From assembly GCF_009914755.1 (NCBI RefSeq), contig NC_060926.1: a stretch of 64,000 bases of DNA; one strand, 5' to 3'. This stretch comes from the human T2T-CHM13v2.0 reference genome, Homo sapiens. The stretch's first letter is position 1, and the number at the start of each line of letters is the position of its first letter. Positions 15,555 to 27,800 of this stretch are shown in pieces. Under the pieces are notes generated by a model. It saw only the letters and a list, made by a program, of their open reading frames with translations. It searched no databases and was not told the DNA's origin. A program made the position numbers and the translations under genes.

Positions 15555-15870
15555 CCATAACTTGGCTGCCCCTAAGAAATAACTGGAGGCCTATTTTAAA
15601 AGGTTTCTGGGCCAATCCAAGACCTACTGAATTGGACTCTATGGAAAAGTGGTGCCTGAGAATCCCTTTTTAAAAGTTTCCAGGTTACTCAGATGCTAGG
15701 GCAGTTTGCAGACCTCTATTTCTCTGTTACCCTTGGATCATGAGTGCATGAATGACGTGGGAGCTTGTTAGTAGAACCTCAGATCCCATCCCAGGTCTAC
15801 TGAATCTGAAACTGCATTTAACAAGCTCTCTAGGTGAGTTACATGCACACAGGCATTTACGGCACTGCCT
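15555..15870. mobile_element. Two adjacent MER5-like hAT-Charlie fossils
   Basis: agacctactgaat...ccaggt; ctactgaatctgaaac...tgcatttaacaagctc motifs. Confidence 0.6.
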
Positions 15871-16126
15871 TAATTACTTCTACCCTGCTTATTCCAGGAA
15901 TTAACTTATCCTCCCAAACAGTAACAACATAAATACATCCCATCCTGCCACCAAAAATTCCACAAGAATAAGGAAAATGAAATTCTTACTGCCCTAATTA
16001 AACTTTACCTTTAACAGTGTTTAGTAAGAAAAACTATTCAGAAGGAAATAAAACAAAAATAACTGTAACTAAATTATAACTTATTTTCTATCATTAAATC
16101 ATAAACTGTGTATAGTATATACTTAC

Positions 16127-16205
16127 AGGTTATCTCTGAGCGTGTTTTTTCTTCTCTCACGTTTCTACTTGTTGAGTGAATTCTATGTGGTACAGCAACA
16201 AGAGG
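16127..16205 (-). CDS. MAP4K3: MAP4K3 exon ~13 (79 nt): PLVAVPHRIHSTSRNVREEKTRSEIT
   Basis: acceptor ttcttttctag, donor CCT|gtaagt. Confidence 0.95.
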
Positions 16206-17719
16206 CTAGAAAAGAACAAAATCAATGATATGCAGCATTTGATAATCAAGTCATAGTTTGGTCCACAAAATTACCCAAATAGGAAAAAATACTTCATTTT
16301 AAGTAAAAATGAAAGCAAAACAGCACTTTGCAAATTTTTTTTTTTAAAAAAGCAAACCACAATAGCAGCTCAAACTATTAGGTGAAAAAATATTTTTATT
16401 ATCCACAACATAAATTATTATTTGTACTAGAAAGGGCACTTCTTTGGCTAAATACATATGAAATTAAACACAATTAGTAACATATTCTTATTTGTATGTG
16501 CAACATCAGACTTGTCTAGATCCATTCTACAAGGATGAATCAAGTACACTTGAGTATCCTGGATCTATTCTGACATCGAGAAATTCTGAAGGGAAAGGAA
16601 ATACAACAGTGTAAACATTACCACTTGCATCTATCATTTAATGATGGTTGAGCTTAGAAGCCTTTTAAGGTTTATTTTTCAATTTATGAATTTTTTTGAA
16701 ATAATTTTTAAAAACTACACACAGACATTTATAGATGATGTAGGATATTAGTTTGTGTTTCACTTTTGGCACTATCTGAATTGTAATCGATTTAACTAAG
16801 ACTGGAAAAATTATATAACTTATGCTTATGTGAACATACAGTATTTTATGTTTTTCAGAAGCTTTATTTTTTTTAATTAAAAAAATGCTCTCCACTCCAT
16901 CTCAGTTTCTCTTGGTTATAGATGTGCCATTATAATTTCCATGAGTAGGAAACATACCAATATTTAATTATTTGCCTTTAATTTGCAAAGAAGATTCACA
17001 CCTTGAAATTATTTACAGAGTCTAACTAATTAAATGTGATCACAAAGGAATACTGGAAAACTTATACTCTGAATGTCCAATATAAGATTTGTCAAGGGCT
17101 CCAACATAAGAAAAAGAAAAAGCTGAAAAAATATGATTTAGAGAAACCCTGTGCAAACTGAACCTCTAGCATGTCAGGAACAAAACTGATAACTAACTCA
17201 AGAAGTCAAATGATTACAAGAAAGGCTATCCAGGTATACAGAGGCCATATTTCACCCTTTAGAACAGAGGTGAACTGGAGACTTGACTGATTATCTTCCC
17301 TTCAGATGTACCAATTCAGATGGTTGGATATGAAAACGGTATTTTTTCATATTTTTTCAAAAATTTCTTTTGAAAATGAAATATTTCATGTAAAAAAGGA
17401 GAAAGGGATTGCCACAAGATTTTGTTAAATGAGGCCAGGGAATGAAAGATGCCCAACCTGAAATTAAAGTAGGCAACAGAATGTTAGGCATCATCTTCTG
17501 AAATGCTAAATAATTTGTTTTGTTTCTAACAATGAAAGATTACACTTAACATCTCTAAAACGGTATTACATTTACTAGAATTTCGAATAAGCAGAATTGA
17601 TTCTAAAATAGCTCATCTGAACTTAAAAAGTTGCCCTTCTAAGAAAAAGGATATCCTTTAGAATCATTTAATTAGACAAAGGCCATGTAGATACATTCTC
17701 AAAAATTAAAATTTATAGA

Positions 17720-19225
17720 AAACTCTATTATAAAATTCACGTGGAATCAAAAAAGAGTCCAAATAGCCAAAGCAATCTGAAGCAAAAAGAACAACACTAC
17801 AGGCATCACATTACCTGATTTCAAACTATACTACAAGGCTACAGAACCAAGAGAGAATGGTACTGGTATAAAAATAGACATATAGACCAATGGAACAGAA
17901 CAGAGAGCCTAGAAATAAAGCCATACATCTACAACCATCTGATCTTCGACAAACCTGACAAAAAGAAGCAATGGGGAGAGAACGCCCCATTCAATAAATG
18001 GTGCTAGGATAACTGGTTAGCCATATACAGAAGATTGAAACTGGACCCCTTCCTTACACAATATACAAAAATCAACTCAAGATGGATTACAGACTTAAAT
18101 GTAAAATCTAAAACTATAAAGACCCTTGAAGAAAACCTAGGAAATACCATTCCAGACATAGACATAAGCAAAGATTTCATGATGAAGATGCCAAAAGCAA
18201 TTGCCACAAAACCAAAAATTGACAAATGGGATCTAATTAAACTAAACAGGTTCGGCACAGCAAAAGAAACTATCAACAGAGTAAACAGACAACCCACAGA
18301 ATAGGAGAAAATTTTTGCCAACTATGCATTTGACCGAGATCTAATATCCTGAATCTGTAAGAATCTTAAATTAACAAGCAAAAAACAACTCTATTAAAAA
18401 GTGGGCAAAGGACATGACAGATACTTTTCAAAAGAAGACATATACACAGCCATCAAAAATATGAAAAAATGCTTGAACATCACTAATCATTGGAGAAACA
18501 CAAATCAAAACCATAATGAGATACCATCTCATACCAGCCAGAATGGTTATTATTGAAAAGTCAAAAAATAACAGATTATGGCAAGGCAGCAGGGAAAAGG
18601 GAACGGTTACACACTGCTGGTGGGAATGTAAATTAGTTCAGCTACTGTGGAAAGCAGTCTGGGGATTTCTCAAAGAACTTAGAACAACCATTCAACCAAG
18701 CAATGCCATTACTGAGTATATACCCAAAGGAATATAAGTTGTTCTACCATAAAAACATGCACGTTATGTTCATCGCAGTACTACTCACAATAGCAAAACA
18801 CAATAGCAAAGATACTGAATCAAACTAAATGCCCAACAACAGTAGACTGAATAAAGAAAATGTGGTACGGATATGCAGCCATAAAAAAGAACGAGATAGT
18901 GTCCTCTGCAGCAACAAGGATGGAGCTGGAGGCCATTATCCTAAGTAAACTAACTCAGGAGCAGAAAACCAAATTCCACATGTTCTCACTGATAAGTGGG
19001 AGCTAAACACTGAGTACACATGGATACAAAGAAGGGAACAATAGACATAGGGGCCAACTTGAGGTTGGGAGGAGGGTGAGGATAAAAAACTACCTATTGG
19101 GTACTAGGCTTATGACCTGGGTGACAAAAGAATATGTACATGAATCCCCCGTGACATACCATTTATCTACAGAACCAACCTGCACATGTACCCTGAAACT
19201 AAAATAAAAGTTAAGAGAAAAAGAA
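17720..19225 (+). mobile_element. L1PA/L1PB 3' fragment (ORF2 C-terminus + 3'UTR)
   Basis: ORF 18035-18304 [17 protein letters not shown]...[10 protein letters not shown] is L1 ORF2p; aataaa and A-rich end. Confidence 0.95.
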
Positions 19226-19735
19226 ACATAATGAATTATTTTTTCAAGATCACTAATAAAAATGGTAAGATTTTTAAAAATTAAAATGTAGCCTTTAATT
19301 TCTAAACATAAATACTCTCATTTTTCCTCTATAAATGTAATACACACTAACCATAGACACCTGCGATAACGGGCTTATAGTAACTAATATATGATATTTA
19401 GAGAAGCACTGATGAAAATAATCTTTCTAATAAATGGCATTTAAAGAAACAAGCCATTCACAATGATGCATGGTGTCTATTTTTTTTAAACAATGCTTTA
19501 CATGCAACGTGATTACAATTATTTTTATTACTTCTTGATAAAAAACAAAACCCTGCCCTTACAAACCATTTCACGTTTATTCAACTTTTATCATCTTAAA
19601 GTTCTATGATTATTGTTATCATCAAATAATATAAATACAAATAACAGGCCCTTTGCAATGGGAGCTAGATGAGAATGTCAAGTTTGTACGGGAAGGAAAG
19701 ACATAGACAATATGATAAATCCTAGTTGACATAAG

Positions 19736-19957
19736 CCAGTGGTTTTTGACCGGGGCAATTTTGTCCCTGAGGAGACATTTGGCAATATCTGGGGACATTT
19801 TTTTGTTGTCACAACTTGGGATTAAAGGGTGTTAACTGGCAACTAATGGGAAGAGTCCAGCAATGCTGCTAAACATTCTAGAATGCACAGGGCAGCCCTC
19901 CCAAAACAAAGGATTATCTGGCCCAAAATGTCAACAGTGCTCAGATTGAGAACTCCT
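19736..19957. mobile_element. MER20 (hAT-Charlie)
   Basis: cagtggtt...gacatttggcaatatctggggacatt...ctggcccaaaatgtcaacagtgc...ttgagaa. Confidence 0.85.
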
Positions 19958-20165
19958 ACAAGCAAATGCCAATACTTTCTGAATGCTGTCAAATTTACTT
20001 TTAGGTCTTCTCATCTTTTTCAAGTATATACACTCAATTACATACTTTTTTTTTTTTTAAACCACAACTACAAAGAACCTCCTTACCCCAATTTTCTCCC
20101 TAAAAATTGCTAGGAATTTTAGGAAATACGGAAACTAAAACCTTATTGTTTCTTCATTCCACGTA

Positions 20166-20370
20166 CAGTTTATCCTTGAACAAAAGTTTGAACTGCAGAA
20201 GTCCACTTCTATGCAGATTACTTGGGGATACAAAACCCATGTATACGGAGGACCAACATTTCATATATGTGGGTTTTGCAGGGCTGACTGTGGGATTTGG
20301 GTATGCACGGAGTTTGGTATACTTGAGAGTCCTGGAACCAATCCCCCTTGTGTACGTCAAGGGACAACTA
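20166..20370. mobile_element. Tigger2-type non-autonomous element
   Basis: TA|cagtttatccttgaac...agggacaact|TA termini. Confidence 0.75.
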
Positions 20371-21159
20371 TATTTTCAGTGTTTTTAAAGAAAGGTAACT
20401 GTTAATGATAGTAAAATCTCAAGTAATATTTATTTTGTCAAACATCTCTTAAAATTCAAAATCAAGAGTCTAAATATTTCTACTATATAAATGTCATATG
20501 GTGAGCTATTATTTAATGTAAGAAGAATCCACTAATCTGCTATGCAGTAGATAAGAACCTAGACAAATGAAATTACAAAGATTCACATACCTGATGTGCT
20601 CTTAATCCATATGTAACCCTCTCTTGATTGCATTCATTTTTACATGAATCTTAAGGCTAAAGACCATATTTTACCATTTCTAAAATTTATGAAAGCTAGT
20701 GTATTCAAACATTTAGATATGGGGGATGGCTATCATTTTTTAAGAGTCTTGATGAGTTTTTAAAAGTCCCCAATTCTTTGACCATTATTTTTATTTTTTA
20801 AACTTTGGTCTTTCTGGCATCTTCCTATTGGCAAACTCCTTTCTAGCAATGTCACTTCCTTTGTGACATCTTCTCTGACTTCCCTAACAAAAGTTGGCTG
20901 TTTTTTCTTCTCCTGAAATGGTGAACTTCTCAAGATTAGGAAATAATGTTTTAGCTACAGCAGGTCCCCAGTGAATGTTCATCGAGTTAAATATAAATAA
21001 ATAGTCAAAAATTAAGTATTTCAATAATTCAATAGCTGTTTACACGTTGCAAGTAGCTTTCCCTATTGCAGAGAAGACTGCAATTTAAAAAATCTGCGTC
21101 AACTCCTTATATCAAAAGGATAAGACATAAATGCAATGAAATAATGCTAAAGGCATTAA

Positions 21160-21285
21160 CCCATTTATACCTGAGGTTGCAAATTTTTTGTGTGAAAAAT
21201 CAAACCTTGACGATGGCCTTGAGCAGTAGGATATAAATAACTCCCACAAGCCTAGTTCCAATAATGGAACACTAGGCTAAATGGG
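21160..21285 (-). mobile_element. MER85 (non-autonomous piggyBac, PGBD3-derived)
   Basis: TTAA at 21156-21159 and 21286-21289; TIRs cccatttatacct / aggctaaatggg; internal palindrome gttccaataatggaac. Confidence 0.93.
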
Positions 21286-21899
21286 TTAATGATTTATGGT
21301 ACTTTTTCTTGGTCAACACAATTTTTTTTTTTTGGCCCTTTATGTTTTTTTCTTGGAGGAGCAGTCCTCTATTTTCTTTCCTTTTACTTTATTAAAACCA
21401 TTCTATGTGCACTGCCAACTTCATACAGGAATATTCTGAAGGTGGGTAGAATGGAGATGAGTTCTATTTAATGTTAATTCATGAACATTACTATAACCTT
21501 TGGAAGTAAAAGAGGTCTTATTCAAAAAACTTTTGCAGCTCCATACTCACACTAAGGTCTCTCAACCAGCATCTATTTCATGTAATTATTGCAATACCCA
21601 ATAGCTTCCTCTGTGGGTGAAATGCTACCTTTGAAGCTATTGTATTACCTTTGAAGGAGATACACTCTTAGATCTATCTTTGTGGAAACATAATTCATAA
21701 ACATTATGCTCTAAGTCTTAGATTCAATAAGGCAAATCAAGAACAAGACTCAAACTAACTACTCACAGTGTAGGTACATCTCAGGGAAAAAATATACAAA
21801 TTTAAAAGACTGAAATATTAAATACTTGTGATGGTGAAACAGTAGCAAAAGTAATTTTGAAAATTAGGTATTTAAATTTTACATGTGCAACCTGCTTTT

Positions 21900-23040
21900 T
21901 AGTTTACAAAGTGTTTTGATGCACCTTAGCATTATATCCTTAAACTCGTGAAACAAGCATTATTCTTCATTTCTGTGGGGAAAAGAGAGAGAGATCAGAT
22001 TGTTACTGTGTCTGTGTAGAAAGAAGTAGACATAGGAGACTCCATTTTGTTCCATACTAAAAAATTCTTCTGCCTTGACATTCTGTTAATCTATGATCTT
22101 ATTACCCCCCAACCCCGTGCTCTCTGAAACATGTGCTGTGTCAAACTCAGGGTTAAATGGATTAAGGGTTGTGCAAGATGTGCTTTGTTAAACAGATGCT
22201 TGAAGGCAGCATGCTCCTTAAGAGTCATCACCACTCCCTAATCTCAAGTACCCAGGGACACAAACACTACGGAAGGCCGCAGGGACCTCCGCCTAGGAAA
22301 GCCAGGTATTGTCCAAGGTTTCTCCCCATGTGATAGTCTGAAATATGGCCTCGTGGGAAGGGAAAGACCTGACCGTCCCCCAGCCCGACACCCATAAAGG
22401 GTCTGTAATGAGGAGGATTAGTATAAGAGGAAGGCATGCCTCTTGCAGTTGAGACAAGAGGAAGGCATCTGTCTCCTGCCCGTCCCTGGGCAATGGAATG
22501 TCTCAGTATAAAACCCGATTGTACATTCCATCTACTGAGATAGGGAAAAACCGCCTTAGGGCTGGAGGTGGGACATGCGGGCAACAATACTGGTTTGTAA
22601 AGCATTGAGATGTTTATGTGTATGCATATCTAAAAGCACAGCACTTGATTCTTTTACCTTGTCTATGATGCAAAGACCACTGTTCACGTGTTTGTCTGCT
22701 GACCCTCTCCCCACTATTGTCTTGTGACCCTGACACATCCCCCTCTCGGGGAAACACCCACAAATGATCAATAAATACTAAGGGAACTCAGAGGCTGGCG
22801 GGATCCTCCATATGTTGAACGCTGGTCCCCTGGGTCCCCTTATTTCTTTCTCTATACTTTGTCTCTGTGTCTTTTTCTTTTCCAAGTCTCTCCTTCCACC
22901 TAACGAGAAACACCCACAGGTGTGGAGGGGCAACCCACCCCTTCAATTTCATAGATGAGGATACTGAGACTTAAAATTAAGTGGCAGGGCATTCAGCTAG
23001 CTAGCCATAGAGCTAGGAAAAACCCTAGACTTTTGATCTA
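21900..23040 (-). mobile_element. MIR split by the LTR5 insertion
   Basis: attattcttcatttc | atagatgaggatactgagac rejoins the MIR core. Confidence 0.7.
21974..22945 (+). mobile_element. HERV-K(HML-2) solo LTR (LTR5_Hs-like), 972 bp
   Basis: TGTGGGGAAAAG...CCACCCCTTCA; 5-bp TSD ATTTC (21969-21973, 22946-22950); TATAAAA 22507-22513; AATAAA 22770-22775. Confidence 0.97.
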
Positions 23041-23405
23041 ATATACAGTAGCAAAACCAAACAGAAACAGGTAACATGCAGGTTACTCATACAGACTGTT
23101 ATTAATGAACATGGATGAAACTCATGATTATTTCTGAGAACAGTTTTACCTTCCCGGCTTAAACAGCACAATAAATTATTAATTTATTAGCATAACAGAT
23201 TAATAAAATTGTTAAATCTTATAATGCTGTACATAGTAAGTGGGCTTACATATAGGAGACGAAAACTGAATAAAAATCAGAATTAGAATTACACCAGTGT
23301 GTAATTACTTCTAAAATAGAAACTACAGGGGAACTCAACATTAAAAAGTCAAACTTTCTTCCACAGTGCATAACCTATAAAAAACTTAAACTAGACTTAG
23401 ATGTG

Positions 23406-23410
<5 letters not shown>

Positions 23411-23451
<41 letters not shown>

Positions 23452-23480
23452 ATATATAGATAAATACACATATATATATA
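23411..23480. repeat. (TG)n/(TA)n microsatellite at Alu tail
   Basis: about 17 TG units then TA-rich. Confidence 0.95.
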
Positions 23481-23794
23481 TTTTTCTTTTTCTATTTTTT
23501 GTTTTTTTTTTTTGAGATGGAGTCTCGCTCTGTTGCCCAGGCTGGAGTGCAGTCGCATGATCTTGGCTCACTATAACCTCTGCCTCCCAGGTTCAAGCAA
23601 TTCTCTTGCCACAGCCCCCTGAATAGCTGGGATTACACGCATGAGCCACCATGCCCGGCTAATTTTTGTATTTTTAGTAGAGACGGGGTTTCACCATGTT
23701 AGCCAAGCTGGTCCCAAACTCCTGACCTCAGGTGATCCAGCTGCCTCGGTCTTCCAGAGTGCTGGGATTACAGGCATAAGCCACTGAGCCCACC
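23481..23794 (-). mobile_element. Alu (AluS)
   Basis: reverse Alu. Confidence 0.93.
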
Positions 23795-24271
23795 CTTATT
23801 TTTAAGAGTATGCATACAATAGTTCTAGTATCACAGTAAGTGCTGAAATTCTTAGATACATTCGTATTTTGAGTGACAACACTGCACTTAGCAATTACAA
23901 TTACAAATCATTTGCAAATAAAAAAGTTATGAATTTCTCTTAAGAAAAACATTATTCTAAGCTACTGTGAGAGGGAATGTAACAGCTTCCCCTCATCCTA
24001 CCCCTGGAATAATTAAATTCCTTTATTTTACCTACTTACCATAGAGATTTGTAACAATTTATAATTATAATACCAAAACAATGTCTGGATAAGAAAGATG
24101 AGTTTCTTTCCCTGCTATATGAGAAAGTTTTAGAAGAATCTTCATTCCACAGATTGCTTCTCTATTTGGTTTATTATTTCTGTTCTTTGAGTACATTTTT
24201 AAAAAGACATGACAAGTACATAGGGTGAGGTAAGAAACAATCATGTAGCATTTAGTGCACTGAAAAGGATA

Positions 24272-24868
24272 TAGGCAGTCCTTGTTTTACAGCTTTGTTA
24301 TGCACCAATTTCAGTTACCATAATTTAGTTAAATAACACTAGTTCCCTACATCATGGTTCAAATAACAGTTACCACTGTATATTAATTGAAATTGCATAA
24401 AGTATAAACTTTATTGGTAGCCTTTCAGTTCACAAATTACTACGTAAATAACAGATGCACATCATGATCATGATTAGAAAGAAAATTAGAAAGCAATATG
24501 ACAATTTGCCAAGGCATAGAAAAGATACTTGCTCTGTGTCACAGACACATGATGAAAAGGCAAACTACTCAATAAGCAGACTACTAGATAAGTAAAAAAA
24601 GTGCATGAAAAGTTCATTAACAAAGAAATGAAACACATTAACTCTCGATGATTCTAATATTTATAATACACTGTAAATAATAGTTTTACTATTTTTTCAC
24701 ATTTCTACAATTACAACTGACAGTAACAGAGTTTATGCTTTAACAAAAAATTTTAAAAGTCATGAAACAATTATAATTTTTCCTGATTATTAAGATTACT
24801 TTGCAGAATTTTAGCTTATGCAGTCATTTTTACAGTCCCATACTACCATGCACATCAAGGACTGCCTG
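24272..24868. mobile_element. Tigger8-like TcMar element
   Basis: TIRs aggcagtcctt / aaggactgcctg flanked by TA. Confidence 0.75.
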
Positions 24869-24953
24869 TATACTAAATAAGACTAGAAGAGTTTGTAAAA
24901 CTTAACTTTCTTAAAAATAAAATTAAGCAAATCAACACCAAAAAACTTCTTCA

Positions 24954-25276
<323 letters not shown>

Positions 25277-25810
25277 TTATAAGATTAATTATACTTTACA
25301 TTTCTTACATTTTTAAGCTCCAAACTCTTTTCCAGACCCTTAAACAAAAGGACAAATAGCTTATCTATCATAAGATGGCAAGCTGGGACAATGCTGAATT
25401 GATAGAAAGGTTCTCTCTGACTTAAGACAATCTGTGGCCGTCTTTCTAAACACTTCACCTTCAGTCATTAATGAAATTTACAATATTTTTAAGGGCCTCC
25501 CATAAAGCCAGTAGAGTTAAAGCCTATCCACTTCTGTTACAGACCCAATAACAGAATTCTGCCATGTCACATATACTGAATTTATCTTGGTTGCCACAAC
25601 TATTAGCAGTGCTAGGAATGTTACATATGCAAACAGAAGTGAAGCTTCCATTAATATCAATGCTTCTGTCATATTAGAATTATTTTATTAACAACTATAC
25701 TGGCTCATTTTAAAACATTTCCATAGTGAATAGCTGAGTTTTAGTCACTGGCAAAGTCAAGCCTATACTTCCTACTAACCTCTAATAATTTATGAAGTAT
25801 TATATAAGAA

Positions 25811-25937
25811 TTTTTTTTTAAAGATAGAAACGGGGTCTTGCTATGTTGACCAGGCAGGTTTCAAACTCCTGGCCTCAAGTAATCCTCTTGCTTCAGCCTC
25901 CCAAAGTGATGGGATTACAGACATGAGCCACCAGGCC
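25811..25937 (-). mobile_element. FLAM / Alu left monomer
   Basis: single reverse left arm. Confidence 0.85.
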
Positions 25938-26343
25938 AAACTGAGGATTCTTTTTGAGAAGCAAACTGAGGGGAAATTTTGAATATTCAAATGTCTTGTT
26001 TAGGCACTTCCCATTTGCTTTCCCTTTTACAGTGAATGATTATTTGGCAACTTCACCGAAAATGGCTATTTTGAAATAACTACAGTGATTTCAACAAGTG
26101 GATTAAATGATATGCCTTTGCCATTTTCACACTATAGTCACCTATAAGTAGTCAGTAAGAAAAACCTAGCATTTGACTTTCCATGAAAGGCAAAGACAAA
26201 GAATTAATTGTTCCCTCAAGAGCTTTTTTATTTAAACTAGGCCCCAAAATTAAAAAAATGGATTTTGAGACGTACATACAGACACACATATATACATACA
26301 CATATACATGTTATATATGCCCGCTGGTAAAAGCAATTCCTAC

Positions 26344-26454
26344 CTCAGGATCATCATCATCGAAATCATGGTAAGTGGAATGATCTGGATTATTTACTTT
26401 ATCCAACAGCTCGATTGCCAAAGACCGTGTCAAATGTTGTGTTACAAAAGGATG
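26344..26454 (-). CDS. MAP4K3: MAP4K3 exon ~12 (111 nt): HPFVTQHLTRSLAIELLDKVNNPDHSTYHDFDDDDPE; end of kinase domain
   Basis: acceptor tttttatag, donor GAG|gtagga. Confidence 0.96.
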
Positions 26455-26555
26455 CTATAAAAATTAAATACAATGCAGAACACTTACTATAAATCTGATT
26501 GAATAACATTTTATCTTTTGAAATATATATATATATTTCAGGGCAAAAATAATAC

Positions 26556-26637
26556 CTGTAATAATTTTTCAGCAGTAGGTCTTTTTTTCGGATTTTTGGT
26601 AAGTGCCATTTTCACAAAGTGATGAAAACTATTTGAC
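26556..26637 (-). CDS. MAP4K3: MAP4K3 exon ~11 (82 nt): [27 protein letters not shown]
   Basis: acceptor tttcttag, donor CAG|gtatta. Confidence 0.96.
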
Positions 26638-26724
26638 CTAAGAAATTTAGAAAATTAGACTTTTACATTCCAATTCATTTTTTGCTCATCTCACCATAAA
26701 AGTAAATAACATAAAAATACTTAC

Positions 26725-26787
26725 CATTTCATTTTATCCTTTAGTTTAGGAGGCTGAAAATTGCTTTTTGTCATTAGAAATAATGCT
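26725..26787 (-). CDS. MAP4K3: MAP4K3 exon ~10 (63 nt): ALFLMTKSNFQPPKLKDKMK(W)
   Basis: acceptor atttttcag, donor ATG|gtaagt. Confidence 0.96.
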
Positions 26788-26971
26788 CTGAAAAATCAAC
26801 AAATCATTACACAGCATTTTAATATTTCACATTTTTATCTATTACACAAATTCTATTACTATTTGTTCCCCAAATAAGGTAAAACAAGACTAAGAAAATT
26901 ACTTGTTCATGACAGCATACTAAGAGGATAAAAACCTTAAGCGTAAGATTCTTCAGTGATGATGCACTGAC

Positions 26972-27103
26972 CTCATTGGGTGTAAGTCAAACATAGGAGG
27001 CTGAAGCTCTGCAAGTTCTATGGCAGTGATTCCCACTGCCCAGAGATCACAGAGTTGATTGTAACCCCCCTTCCTCTCAACAGCTGCAACTTCTGGAGCC
27101 ATC
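26972..27103 (-). CDS. MAP4K3: MAP4K3 exon ~9 (132 nt): [43 protein letters not shown](R)
   Basis: acceptor ttatttcag, donor GAG|gtcagt; APE motif. Confidence 0.96.
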
Positions 27104-27291
27104 CTGAAATAAATATTCCAGAAAATAAAAAACTTCTGTTATATGTTTTCCTTTATACTCCCACCCAGAGGCACAAGGAATTATCACTATCTAAATTAAG
27201 GCCTCTTTAGGCCTTGGTTTTTGAAAAATAAATATGCAGTACTTAAAAGGTCCACCTTTTCCAAGATCTTGACATCTCATAAGACCCTCAT

Positions 27292-27800
27292 TAGTAACTT
27301 GCTTTTGATTATACAGGCTTATAGGTGGAAGGGACTTGCCTTGCCTTGCCTCAGACGAGACTTTGGATTTGGACTTCTGGGTTAATGCTGGAATGAGTTA
27401 AGACTTTGGGGGACTGTTGGGAAGGCATGACTGGTTTTGAAATGTAAAAAGGACCTGCAATTTGGGGGGTGGGCAGGGGCAGAATGATATGGTTTGGCTC
27501 TGTGTCCCCACCCAAATCTCATCTCGAACTGTAATCCCCATGTGTTGAGGGAGGGGCCTCGTAGGAGGTGATTGGATCATTGGGTCAGTTTCCCCTATGC
27601 TTTTCTCATGATAGTGAGCAGGTTCTCACAAGGTCTGATGGTTTTAAAAGTGGCCGTTTCCCGAGTGCTCTCTCCTGCCACCTTGTGAAGAAGGTGCCCG
27701 CTTTTTTGCCTTACTCCATGATTGTAAGTTTTCTGAGGCCTCCCCAGCCATGCAATACAATACTGTGAGTCAATCAAACCTTTGTTTATAAATTTTAAAA
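27292..27800 (+). mobile_element. THE1/MST internal 3' end plus truncated LTR
   Basis: cttgcttttgatt...ggggcagaa|tgatatggtttggctctgtgtccccacccaaatctc (LTR from 27485). Confidence 0.9.

Noticed and set aside
22267-22771. ORFs within the HERV-K LTR
   Set aside because: Antisense chance frames in a solo LTR; no gag/pol/env/rec sequence adjacent
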